The notes: generated by a model not told the origin, from the sequence alone. A stretch of DNA of 64,000 nucleotides from Acidimicrobiia bacterium (GCA_031430375.1 JANPBJ010000149.1:16776-80775); one strand, 5' to 3'. Counted from the stretch's first letter, positions 27,376-35,483 are shown. A program made the numbers and translations.

Positions 27376-27390
27376 CTGACGGGTCGTCAG
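27376..27390. promoter_or_regulatory. perfect inverted repeat CTGACG-GGT-CGTCAG in the echA20-like / SDR divergent promoter region (candidate operator)
   Basis: Read directly. It sits 33 nt upstream of the echA20-like start and 112 nt upstream of the SDR start. No cognate regulator gene is in the window. Confidence 0.3.
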
Positions 27391-27452
27391 ATCGGGGAAA
27401 CTTACCCGCATGAGTGAAGCGAGCCCTACCCCCAGCCTGTACCGATCATCTC

Positions 27453-27501
27453 GCGGAACGGGGCCTGTCCGGCCCGGCCCGCAGGGTCAAGAGGACAAGC
27501 C
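27453..27501 (+). repeat. leader element copy Y, directly 5' of the SDR start
   Basis: GCGGAACGGGGCCTGTCCGGCCCGGCCCGCAGGGTCAAGAGGACAAGCC then ATG. It lies on the opposite chromosomal strand from X, W and Z, but like them is in sense orientation to its downstream gene. Confidence 0.8.
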
Positions 27502-28272
27502 ATGAGCGATGAACTGGACATGTCGGGCCGCGTCGTCCTGGTGACGGGAGGAGCGCGCGGGATCGGTCGCGGGATCGCCGAGGCGTTCCTCGGCCGAGGT
27601 GCGAACGTCATCGTGTGCGGTCGGACCGAGCCCGACGAGCTCCCGACAGCGGCCGCTCACTCCGCCGTCTTCCTCGCCGCCGACGTGCGTGACGCCGACG
27701 CCGTCGACGCGCTCGTGACCGAAACCGTGGCGCGGTTCGGACACCTCGACGTGTTGATCAACAACGCGGGCGGATCACCATGGGCCGACTCCGCGACGGT
27801 GTCGCCCAAGTTCTCGCGGTCGATCATCGAACTCAACCTGCTGGCGCCGCTCGTGTGCGCGCAACGCGCCAACGCGGTCATGCAAACCCAAGCCGACGGC
27901 GGTTCGATCATGAACATCGCGAGCGTGAGTGGACTACGACCATCGCCCGGCACCGCAGCGTACGGCGCGGCCAAGGCGGGGTTGCTCAACCTCACGCAAA
28001 CGCTCGCGGTCGACTACGCCCCGCTCGTTCGCGTCAACGCGGTGAGTGCAGGCCTGATTCGCACCGAGCAATCACATCTTCACTACGGCGACGAAGCCGG
28101 GATTGCCGCGGTCGGCGCGACGGTGCCGCTCGGGCGCATGGGGACTCCGGCCGACATCGCGAACGCGTGCATCTTCCTCGCGTCTCCGCTCGCGGCATAC
28201 GTTTCCGGAGCAAACCTCACCGTCCACGGAGGCGGCGAAGCCCCCGCCTACCTCGACGCCGCGAGCACTTGA
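27502..28272 (+). CDS. SDR family oxidoreductase
   Basis: 256 aa. Motifs VTGGARGIGRGIA, NNAG, YGAAKAG. It is divergent from the echA20-like gene, as Rv3549c/Rv3548c are in M. tuberculosis. Confidence 0.85.
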   Translation: MSDELDMSGRVVLVTGGARGIGRGIAEAFLGRGANVIVCGRTEPDELPTAAAHSAVFLAADVRDADAVDALVTETVARFGHLDVLINNAGGSPWADSATVSPKFSRSIIELNLLAPLVCAQRANAVMQTQADGGSIMNIASVSGLRPSPGTAAYGAAKAGLLNLTQTLAVDYAPLVRVNAVSAGLIRTEQSHLHYGDEAGIAAVGATVPLGRMGTPADIANACIFLASPLAAYVSGANLTVHGGGEAPAYLDAAST

Positions 28273-28299
28273 CGCGGCCGTCTGACTCGGCCGCCAGGT

Positions 28300-30237
28300 T
28301 TGACACCCGCGGATCCAACCGAGAGCATGCGGAGCATGACGCATCCCCTGGCCATGCTCACTGGTGACGAGATCTCACACGCCAGTCGGATAGTGCGCGA
28401 GTCTCCGCAGTGGACCGAGGGTGCGACGTTCGTCCATGTGATCCTCGACGAGCCCCACAAGGATGAGACCGCGCGCGGCACGGCCGGAGAGCCTGTCGAT
28501 CGCCGGGTCCAAGTCCAGTTGGTGACGGGTCCCGAGATCGACGTCACCGAAATCGTCGTCTCGCTGACGAGCAACACGGTGCTGCGCTGGGACGTCGTCC
28601 CGGGCATGCGGCCTACGTTGCTGTTCGGCGAGGCAGCCCACGCCATCTTCACTACCAAGGAGCATCCCGACTACATCGCCGCGCTGGCTCGCCGCGGTAT
28701 CACCGACATCGACAACGTGCAGATCGACCCCTGGCCGGCGGGCGCGTTCGGTTACGAAGCCGAGCGGGGTCGCCGGATCGCTCGGTGCATCTCATTTCTC
28801 CGCACCGACCCGCAGGACAATGGCTACGCGCGACCCATCGAGGGTCTCATCGTGCACTTCGATCTCGGCCGCAAAGAAGTCATCGAAGTCATCGATCACG
28901 GGATCGTCACGCTGCCCACCGAACATGGGCGCTACTTCGCCGCCGACTCCGAACCGCTGCGCACCGACCTCAAACCCATCGAGATCACGCAACCCGAAGG
29001 CCCCAGCTTCACCGTCGACGGCAACTTCGTGCAGTGGCAAAAGTGGTCGGTCCGGCTCACGTTCGACCCCTACGAGGGGCTCGTGCTCCATCAAGTGTCG
29101 TACAACGACGCGGGACGCGAACGGTCGATCTTGCACCGGGCGTCGATCACCGAAATGGTGGTGCCGTACGGGGATCCCGCCGAGACCCAAGGCTTCAAGA
29201 ACGCCTTCGACGTGGGCGAGTGGGGTCTCGGCCGGATGACCCAGTCGCTCACGCTCGGGTGTGATTGCCTCGGCGAGATTCATTACTTCGACGTGGCCCT
29301 TACGCGAGAAGACGGCGAGCCGTACACGATCAAGAACGCGATCTGCATGCACGAGGAGGACTACGGAATCCTCTGGAAGCACGTCGACCTGTTCGGTGGC
29401 ACGAGCGAAGTGCGCCGCAGCCGCCGGCTCGTGGTGAGTTTCATCTCCACCGTCGGCAACTACGAGTACGGCTTCTTCTGGTACTTCTACATGGACGGCA
29501 ATATTCAGCTCGAGGTGAAGCTCACCGGCATCGTCTCGCCGATGGCCATCGAACCGGGGACCACTCCCGAGTATGCGAACGTCGTTGCCCCGGGCGTGGC
29601 GGCACCGAATCACCAGCACATGTTCAGCGCACGTCTCGACTTCGACGTCGACGGCACCACCAACGAGGTCTACGAGGTCGAGGCCGAGCGCGTGGCCACC
29701 GGGCCCGAGAACCCGTGGGGCAATGCGTTCCGCGCGCGGTCGACGCGCCTCGACTCGGAACTGGTGGCGCAGCGCGACACAAACTCAGCCACCTCGCGCT
29801 CGTGGCGCATCGTGAACCCGGACGCACACAACGGACTCGGGCAACCGACGGCCTACAAGCTCATCCCGACGATGAGCACGCCCACGCTCCTCGCGCAACC
29901 GGACTCCAGCGTCGGCCAACGCGCGGGATTCGCCCAGCACAACATCTGGGTGACGCCGTACGCGCCGGACGAGCGCCGCGCCGCGGGCAACTATCCGAAC
30001 CAGCACGACGGCGGCGACGGCCTCCCCCACTGGACCGCGGCTGATCGGTCACTCGTCGATACCGATGTGGTGGTCTGGTACTCCTTCGGCATCACGCACT
30101 TCGTGCGTCCCGAAGACTGGCCGGTCATGCCGGTGGAGTACACCGGGTTCCTGCTCACACCGTTCGGCTTCTTCGACCGCAACCCCGCGCTCGACGTGCC
30201 GCCGTCCGACGGCGGCCACTGCCACTCGAACGAATAG
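28300..30237 (+). CDS. copper-containing primary amine oxidase (TPQ cofactor)
   Basis: 645 aa, collinear with Arthrobacter globiformis amine oxidase as I recall it. TPQ consensus TVGNYEYGFFWYFY. Cu-ligand regions HQHMFSARLD and WYSFGITHFVRPEDWPVMP. The start is ambiguous: TTG 28300, ATG 28327 or ATG 28336. Confidence 0.9.
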   Translation: MTPADPTESMRSMTHPLAMLTGDEISHASRIVRESPQWTEGATFVHVILDEPHKDETARGTAGEPVDRRVQVQLVTGPEIDVTEIVVSLTSNTVLRWDVVPGMRPTLLFGEAAHAIFTTKEHPDYIAALARRGITDIDNVQIDPWPAGAFGYEAERGRRIARCISFLRTDPQDNGYARPIEGLIVHFDLGRKEVIEVIDHGIVTLPTEHGRYFAADSEPLRTDLKPIEITQPEGPSFTVDGNFVQWQKWSVRLTFDPYEGLVLHQVSYNDAGRERSILHRASITEMVVPYGDPAETQGFKNAFDVGEWGLGRMTQSLTLGCDCLGEIHYFDVALTREDGEPYTIKNAICMHEEDYGILWKHVDLFGGTSEVRRSRRLVVSFISTVGNYEYGFFWYFYMDGNIQLEVKLTGIVSPMAIEPGTTPEYANVVAPGVAAPNHQHMFSARLDFDVDGTTNEVYEVEAERVATGPENPWGNAFRARSTRLDSELVAQRDTNSATSRSWRIVNPDAHNGLGQPTAYKLIPTMSTPTLLAQPDSSVGQRAGFAQHNIWVTPYAPDERRAAGNYPNQHDGGDGLPHWTAADRSLVDTDVVVWYSFGITHFVRPEDWPVMPVEYTGFLLTPFGFFDRNPALDVPPSDGGHCHSNE

Positions 30238-30267
30238 CGAACCTGCTCAAGCGCGACCCGATTGCAT

Positions 30268-30317
30268 CGTTCATTGTCCGTATTCCACGGGTGGAGGGGA
30301 CAGACGCACAATGAACG
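30268..30317. repeat. 50-nt hairpin element, copy Q (perfect 10-bp stem CGTTCATTGT / ACAATGAACG)
   Basis: Located between the convergent stops of the amine oxidase (30237) and the SDR (30346). The interior CCGTA...CGC has an inner hairpin TCCA-cggg-TGGA. Same 10+30+10 layout as copy P. Confidence 0.7.
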
Positions 30318-30345
30318 CCAAATATGGGCGGGGTCGTCCCCCAGA

Positions 30346-31119
30346 CTACGGGTGCTGGCTACTCACGCTGACGACTTCGCCCGTCATGTAGCTCGAATAG
30401 TCCGAGGCGAGGAAGACGATCACGTTGGCGATCTCCCACGGTGCTGCGGCGCGGCCGAACGCTTCACGTGCAGTCAACTCCTCCAGCACTTCGTCGCTCG
30501 TTACCTTGGAGAGGAACGGATGCATCGCGAGCGACGGCGCCACGGCGTTCACGCGCACGCCGTACAACGCGGCTTCCACCGCGGCACAACGCGTCAAGGC
30601 CATCACCCCGGCCTTCGCGGCTGCGTAATGCGCCTGGCCGCGTTGCGCGCGCCATCCGAGCACCGACGCATTGTTGACCACCACACCAGCGTGCCGCGGC
30701 TGCATGTGGCGCAGGGCGGCGCGCACGCACCGGAAGGTTCCATTGAGCGTGACGTCGAGCACCTTCATCCACTGCTCGTCGGTCATGTCCACGAGGTCGG
30801 CCGTACCACCGAGCCCGGCGTTATTCACAACAATGTCGACTTCACCGACCGCCGCGACCGCGCCCGCGAACATCGCCTGCACCTGCTCCTCGACGGTCAC
30901 GTCGCACGGCAACGCCGCGGCCACGCCGTCGCCGAGCTGCTCGGCCGACTCGGCCAGGCGCCGCTCGTGCGCGTCGCTGATCACGACCGTCGCACCTTCG
31001 GCAATACAACGCTCGGCGGTCGCGAACCCGATGCCGGTTCCGGCGGCTGCCGTGACCAGCACCCGCTTGCCGGTCAGGAGCCCATGCGCGGGAGGAATCG
31101 TCGGATCTTGTTCGTTCAC
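30346..31119 (-). CDS. SDR family oxidoreductase (IpdF-like by synteny with the upstream ACAD)
   Basis: 257 aa. Motifs VTAAAGTGIGFATA, NNAG, YAAAKAG. Confidence 0.8.
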   Translation of the reverse strand: MNEQDPTIPPAHGLLTGKRVLVTAAAGTGIGFATAERCIAEGATVVISDAHERRLAESAEQLGDGVAAALPCDVTVEEQVQAMFAGAVAAVGEVDIVVNNAGLGGTADLVDMTDEQWMKVLDVTLNGTFRCVRAALRHMQPRHAGVVVNNASVLGWRAQRGQAHYAAAKAGVMALTRCAAVEAALYGVRVNAVAPSLAMHPFLSKVTSDEVLEELTAREAFGRAAAPWEIANVIVFLASDYSSYMTGEVVSVSSQHP

Positions 31120-31173
31120 GTCATTCCCCCGCTCGACGAACGTGGCACCGATTCGGATTGCATGACATGTCGC

Positions 31174-32361
31174 TCACGCGGTCACCTTGGGTTCGGGCGG
31201 CAGGCCGAGGACCCGCTCGCCGATGATGTTGCGTTGAATCTGATTTGAGCCGCCGTAGATCGTGTCGGCGCGGGTGTAGAGGAACATTCGCTGCGCGAGC
31301 GTCAGGTCGTACGGCAAGGCCTCGCCCACCTGTGACCACGGCCCGCGAATGTCCATCGCCAGCTCGCCCATCCGTCGGTGCAATCCGGCCCAGAAGAGTT
31401 TGCCGATCGATGTCTCGCGCGTCACGTCGCCTCGCGCCATCGCGGTGAGCCCGCGCATCGCGGTATACCGCATGATCTCGAGTTCGATCCACGTCTGCGC
31501 CAGGCGTTGGCGGATCACGGGGTCCTCCGCGATCTCGCGCTCACGCGCCACGGCCACCATCTCGTGCCACTCGTTGACGAAGTTGAGCTGCTGGCCGAGC
31601 GTGAGCGCGCCCCGTTCGAACGCGAGGGTGCCCATCGCGACCTTCCACCCACCGTTCACCTCGCCGATCACGTTCTCGGCGGGGGTGCGCGCGCCGTCGA
31701 AGAAGACCTCGTTGAACTCTGACGTACCAGTGATCTGCTCGATCGGCCGCGTCTCGATCCCCGTCTGCGCCATGGGAACGAGGAGATACGAAATGCCCCG
31801 GTGACGCGGCGCGTCACGGTCGGTACGAGCGAGGACGAAACACCACTGTGCCCAGTGCGCGAGTGACGTCCAGACCTTCTGACCGTCGATCACCCACTCA
31901 TCGCCATCGAGGACCGCTCGGGTTGAGAGGTTTGCGAGGTCGGAGCCCGCGTTCGGTTCGGAGTAGCCCTGACACCAGAGCTCTTCGCCACTCGCGATGG
32001 GCGGGAGAAACCGAGCGCGTTGGGCGTCGGTGCCGTAGTGCAGGATCGTTGGCCCAATGAGTCCTTCGCCCACGAGTCCCACGCGCCCGGGTCCCCCGGC
32101 ACGCGCGTACTCCTCGTAGAAAATTACCTGTTCGAGCAGCGTTGCGTCGCGCCCTCCGTACTCACGCGGCCAAGACAGGCAGGTCCAGCCCGCCGCCCCG
32201 AGCGCACGCTCCCACGCGTGACGTTCCCCGAAGAGGGCGTGCTCGTCACCGGGTCCACCTCGTCCCCGAACCATGCGGAACTCACCCTCGAGGTGCGACA
32301 CCAGCCAGTCGCGCGCTTGCCCGCGAAACGCGTCGTGCTCGGCCGAGAAGTGCAGGTCCAC
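31174..32361 (-). CDS. acyl-CoA dehydrogenase (FadE30-like by synteny)
   Basis: 395 aa with a GTG start. Motifs WCQGYSEPNAGSDLANL, DGQKVWTS, YGGSNQIQRNIIGERVLGLP. Confidence 0.85.
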   Translation of the reverse strand: MDLHFSAEHDAFRGQARDWLVSHLEGEFRMVRGRGGPGDEHALFGERHAWERALGAAGWTCLSWPREYGGRDATLLEQVIFYEEYARAGGPGRVGLVGEGLIGPTILHYGTDAQRARFLPPIASGEELWCQGYSEPNAGSDLANLSTRAVLDGDEWVIDGQKVWTSLAHWAQWCFVLARTDRDAPRHRGISYLLVPMAQTGIETRPIEQITGTSEFNEVFFDGARTPAENVIGEVNGGWKVAMGTLAFERGALTLGQQLNFVNEWHEMVAVAREREIAEDPVIRQRLAQTWIELEIMRYTAMRGLTAMARGDVTRETSIGKLFWAGLHRRMGELAMDIRGPWSQVGEALPYDLTLAQRMFLYTRADTIYGGSNQIQRNIIGERVLGLPPEPKVTA

Positions 32362-32367
32362 GGTGGG

Positions 32368-32862
32368 TCAGCGCGGCCGATAGAACGGGTTCCACGGGTC
32401 CGTTCGCGCGTTGAGAACTTCCTCCACCGGCGGGTCACCCCGAACGCCGGCCAGCAGGGCCAACCGAACCGACCGACGGTTGTTCTCGAAGACAAGTTTG
32501 GCATCCGCGGCGTTGGGATTGACCCAGACCGCGGCGATCAACAGCAGCTTGCCCACCCGATCCGTCGGAATGATGTCATCCGCGAGCGCGTCGGCCACCC
32601 CGGCGGCGACCCCCGCTTGTGCTGCACCCCAGGTCATCTCAGCGTGGCGTTCGCCCGTGATGCCCGCCTTGTTGACGAAGAGCGTGGGCGGCTGGACCAG
32701 CAGCCCCGGCTGGATCACCGCCACAAACGGCGCGTGGCCGCGCGATGGTGACGCGAGCGCGGAAGCCCACGCGGTCCCCACCGGGCCGGAGCGTTCGCCC
32801 AGCACCGTGTTGACGTGAGCGGCCTCATTGCCGTCACCGATGAAGCTCTCCCCGATCTGCAC
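32368..32862 (-). CDS. formaldehyde-activating enzyme (Fae)-like protein
   Basis: 164 aa with a GTG start. IGESFIGDGNEAAHVNTVLGERSGPVG...FVAVIQPGLLVQPPTLFVNKAGI...GAAQAGVAAGVADALADDIIP...AVWVNPNAADAKLVFENNRRSVRLAL is collinear with Methylorubrum Fae ([25 protein letters not shown]...[23 protein letters not shown]...) as I recall it. Confidence 0.7.
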   Translation of the reverse strand: MQIGESFIGDGNEAAHVNTVLGERSGPVGTAWASALASPSRGHAPFVAVIQPGLLVQPPTLFVNKAGITGERHAEMTWGAAQAGVAAGVADALADDIIPTDRVGKLLLIAAVWVNPNAADAKLVFENNRRSVRLALLAGVRGDPPVEEVLNARTDPWNPFYRPR

Positions 32863-33322
32863 CGCCGCATGCTGCCAGACGGCGACGCGCCCGGGCGAGT
32901 AGCGCGGTCACCGTGGCCGCCAGCGCCACCCCCGCCGCGAGTTCGGTCCGGAGCCCCTCTGGCGATTCCCGTTGGATCTGCTTGTGCAGTTGGTCCACCC
33001 ACCCCGGCAACGGATTCACGCCGAAGAAGAACTCCCCGGGCTTGTCGGAATCCAAGATGGCGGCGCCGGCGATGCCCGCGAGGAGAGCCCGCCGGGGTGG
33101 GACCCCGGCGACCGTGACCAACGCGACGGTGGCCAGCCCGAGCCATCCGTCTCGTTTCGCAACCTCATAGAAGCCGTCCTTGTCCAGCTGTGGGTTTCCC
33201 CAGTGTGGGGTTAAATCCATGACGACGTGCGTCGCAAACCCCACGCCGAACGCGGCTACCGGCCGCCGCCGACACAGGCTGCCCGCGATTGTGCCGGCAA
33301 GGACGTGGTTGGTGATGAACAT
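32834..33322 (-). CDS. membrane-bound metal-dependent hydrolase-like protein (YdjM/DUF457-like)
   Basis: Track ORF 32834..33424. The likely start is ATG 33322 (MFITNHVLAGTIAGSL). It has the His-rich pattern THVVMDLTPHW and several hydrophobic segments. Its 3' end overlaps the Fae-like start by 29 nt. Confidence 0.5.
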   Translation of the reverse strand: MFITNHVLAGTIAGSLCRRRPVAAFGVGFATHVVMDLTPHWGNPQLDKDGFYEVAKRDGWLGLATVALVTVAGVPPRRALLAGIAGAAILDSDKPGEFFFGVNPLPGWVDQLHKQIQRESPEGLRTELAAGVALAATVTALLARARRRLAACGGADRGELHR

Positions 33323-33417
33323 CGCTTCGGTAGTGTGCCGCGCCGGTCCACCGACGCGGACCATGCTCGCCGCGTCAACGGATTCGGGTCTATGGATTTG
33401 AGTCAACGGAGGAACGA

Positions 33418-34173
33418 ATGGCATTCAAAGTCGGAGTACAGCTTCACCCCCAGGTCGGAACCGTCGACGAACTCCGCGCGGCATGGAAGGCCGCAGATGC
33501 GTTGGGCGCCGACAGCATCTGGATTTGGGACCACTTCTTCCCGCTCTACGGCGACCCGGATGCGAACCACTACGAGGCGTACACCTTGCTCGCGGCGATG
33601 GCCGTCGACACCCAACATGCGCACATCGGCGCGCTCGTCACCTGCAACTCATACCGCAACCCGCAACTGCTCGCCGACATGTCGCGCACGATTGATCTCC
33701 TGAGCCACGGCCGCTTCGTGCTCGGTATCGGGTCAGGCTGGTTCGAGCGGGACTACACCGAATACGGCTACGACTTCGGAACCGCAGGAGAGCGGCTCGC
33801 GCAGCTCGGCACCGCGCTGCCAGTCATTGCCGACCGGCTCGGCGCGCTCGTGCCACCACCCGACGGCGACGTACCAATTCTCATCGGTGGCTCCGGTGAG
33901 AAGGTCACGCTCAGACTCGTAGCGGAGCACGCCGATGCGTGGAACACCTTCGGCCCGCCCGACAACTTCGCGAAGAAGAACGCGATACTCAACACCTGGT
34001 GCGAGAAGTTGGGACGCGCCCCGCGTGAGATTGAACGGACCGTCGCGATTCAACCCCAAGAGGTGGGCGACATCGACGCGTACGTCGCGGCGGGCGTCGA
34101 GCACTTCATCGTGATGGTGGGAGCGCCGTACGACCTCGCGCCGCTCGAGACCCTCATCACCGAGCGGGGTTGA
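33418..34173 (+). CDS. LLM-class F420-dependent oxidoreductase (Mer/luciferase superfamily)
   Basis: 251 aa with GGAGG before the ATG. Sequence MAFKVGVQLHPQ...SIWIWDHFFPL...LGIGSGWFERDYTEYGY. Confidence 0.8.
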   Translation: MAFKVGVQLHPQVGTVDELRAAWKAADALGADSIWIWDHFFPLYGDPDANHYEAYTLLAAMAVDTQHAHIGALVTCNSYRNPQLLADMSRTIDLLSHGRFVLGIGSGWFERDYTEYGYDFGTAGERLAQLGTALPVIADRLGALVPPPDGDVPILIGGSGEKVTLRLVAEHADAWNTFGPPDNFAKKNAILNTWCEKLGRAPREIERTVAIQPQEVGDIDAYVAAGVEHFIVMVGAPYDLAPLETLITERG

Positions 34174-34296
34174 CCCGACCCCAGCTCCTCCCGCCGGGCA
34201 CTGCTCACGAGCCATGCAACAAGACTCTCGGACCTGATCGCCCGCCGGCAGCCCCCCGACGCCGCAGGAGATGAGGCACGGATCAAGGCCGCGGCG

Positions 34297-34557
34297 ATGC
34301 TCGTGATGGAACGTTGGCAGGCGAGCGAGGGCGTGATCGTGCACTGCCACGGCGGCCGGGGGCGGACCGGAGCGGTACTGGGAGCTGCCCTGGTGTTCAT
34401 GGGCCACGATTCCGAGGTGGTGGTGGACTGGCTCCACCGAGTCCAACGAACGCGAGGGCGTCGAGGATGGCCCGAACAGCGCTGGCAGGCCGACGTCGTC
34501 CACCGAGCCCAGCAGCAAGTTGACCCAGTGTCACCGGACGTCCCCCACCTTCCGTGA
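34297..34557 (+). pseudogene. dual-specificity/PTP-like phosphatase fragment (P-loop HCHGGRGRTG), apparently 5'-truncated
   Basis: The 86-aa ORF has VIVHCHGGRGRTGAVLGAALVFMG (HCX5R[ST] signature) and a WPEQRWQ tail. The reading frame stays open upstream to the TGA of the LLM gene (same frame) without an ATG/GTG/TTG. The family's N-terminal half is missing. Confidence 0.35.
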
Positions 34558-34579
34558 GGTGTCTTCGCGCGCTCCGCGC

Positions 34580-34603
34580 GAACCGGGCAAAGAACCGGGC
34601 AAA
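34580..34603. repeat. 12-bp tandem duplication GAACCGGGCAAA x2 upstream of the sortase gene
   Basis: Read directly. Confidence 0.7.
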
Positions 34604-34745
34604 AACTCGCGACTTGCACGACTGGTTCGATACCTCCCGCTTGCCTCACCGCGGCGCATCGACTATCAAAGTGACCCGGCCAGTGTCCGAGTCGCGCGGC
34701 GGAGTACGACGCGACACCTTCTCGGATCCCAGTCTCAAGGACGCA

Positions 34746-35483
34746 ATGCGCGCAGCTTCCCCGACAACCGCGGGAACTGCCGCGGCGGTACGCCGCGGGC
34801 GGTTCCGGTTCATAGTGATGCTCGTGGCCGCGTTCGTGGCGATGCTTGCCGCGCTCATCCTCACCGATAGCCCCGCCAAGTCGGGGCCCGTAGCTCACGG
34901 GATCCTGCCGCGAACCGCATCCAGTCCCATTCTTCGTGTCCAACCGGCCGGCGCCGTCGAGCTGGCGTCCTCCTCCACGTCCACGACGTCGACCACCACC
35001 CCGCGCCCGCGGCCCGTCGCCCCGGCATCGACGCCGGTGGAGGACACCACACTGCTCAGCCCGGAGGACGTCCCGGAGCCAAACGTCATCCTGCCGATCC
35101 AACTCATCGGCCGCATCCAGATTCCGAAGATTGGCCTCGACACCGACCTGCGCGACCAAATAACGCAGGAGTCGATTGATCTCGGGCCGTCACACTGGCC
35201 CGGGACCGCGAGGCCGGGAGGATATGGGAACGCGGTGATTGCCGGGCACCGCAATAGCCATAGCGCGCCGTTCCATGACCTCGAAAATCTGGCGCCCGGC
35301 GACACCATCAGCCTCGTCACCGACAACCGCACGCACACCTACACCGTGACCGAGCTGTTCGTCGTGACACCCGAGGCGGTGTGGATCACCGAACAGACAC
35401 CCGGTCACACCCTCACGTTGTTCACGTGTCACCCCCTCGGCGAAGCGACGCAACGACTCGTTGTCCGCGCCACACTCGCCTGA
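34746..35483 (+). CDS. class E sortase
   Basis: Track ORF 34554..35483. The likely start is ATG 34746 (MRAASPTTAGTAAAVRRGRFRFIVMLVAAFVAML, a TM anchor). It has a Thr/Pro-rich linker, the catalytic motifs IAGHRNSH and LTLFTCHP, and a late conserved Arg (RLVVRA). Confidence 0.8.
   Translation: MRAASPTTAGTAAAVRRGRFRFIVMLVAAFVAMLAALILTDSPAKSGPVAHGILPRTASSPILRVQPAGAVELASSSTSTTSTTTPRPRPVAPASTPVEDTTLLSPEDVPEPNVILPIQLIGRIQIPKIGLDTDLRDQITQESIDLGPSHWPGTARPGGYGNAVIAGHRNSHSAPFHDLENLAPGDTISLVTDNRTHTYTVTELFVVTPEAVWITEQTPGHTLTLFTCHPLGEATQRLVVRATLA

Noticed and set aside
33374-33410. Direct repeat GTCAACGGA-N19-GTCAACGGA upstream of the LLM gene at 33418, considered as a regulator binding site.
   Set aside because: It is only two 9-nt copies, one of which overlaps the SD (GGAGG). 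The motif does not recur elsewhere in the window. This is too weak to report as a finding.
34171-34173. Stop-codon read-through fusing the LLM oxidoreductase to the PTP-like ORF, which is in the same frame.
   Set aside because: The LLM protein is full-length at its TGA. The linker residues have no sign of selection for a fusion, and no read-through context is evident. A same-frame arrangement is expected one time in three by chance.
34619-34640. tRNA-like T-loop string GGTTCGATACC upstream of the sortase gene.
   Set aside because: The flanking bases cannot form a T-stem, acceptor stem or anticodon arm. No cloverleaf is possible.
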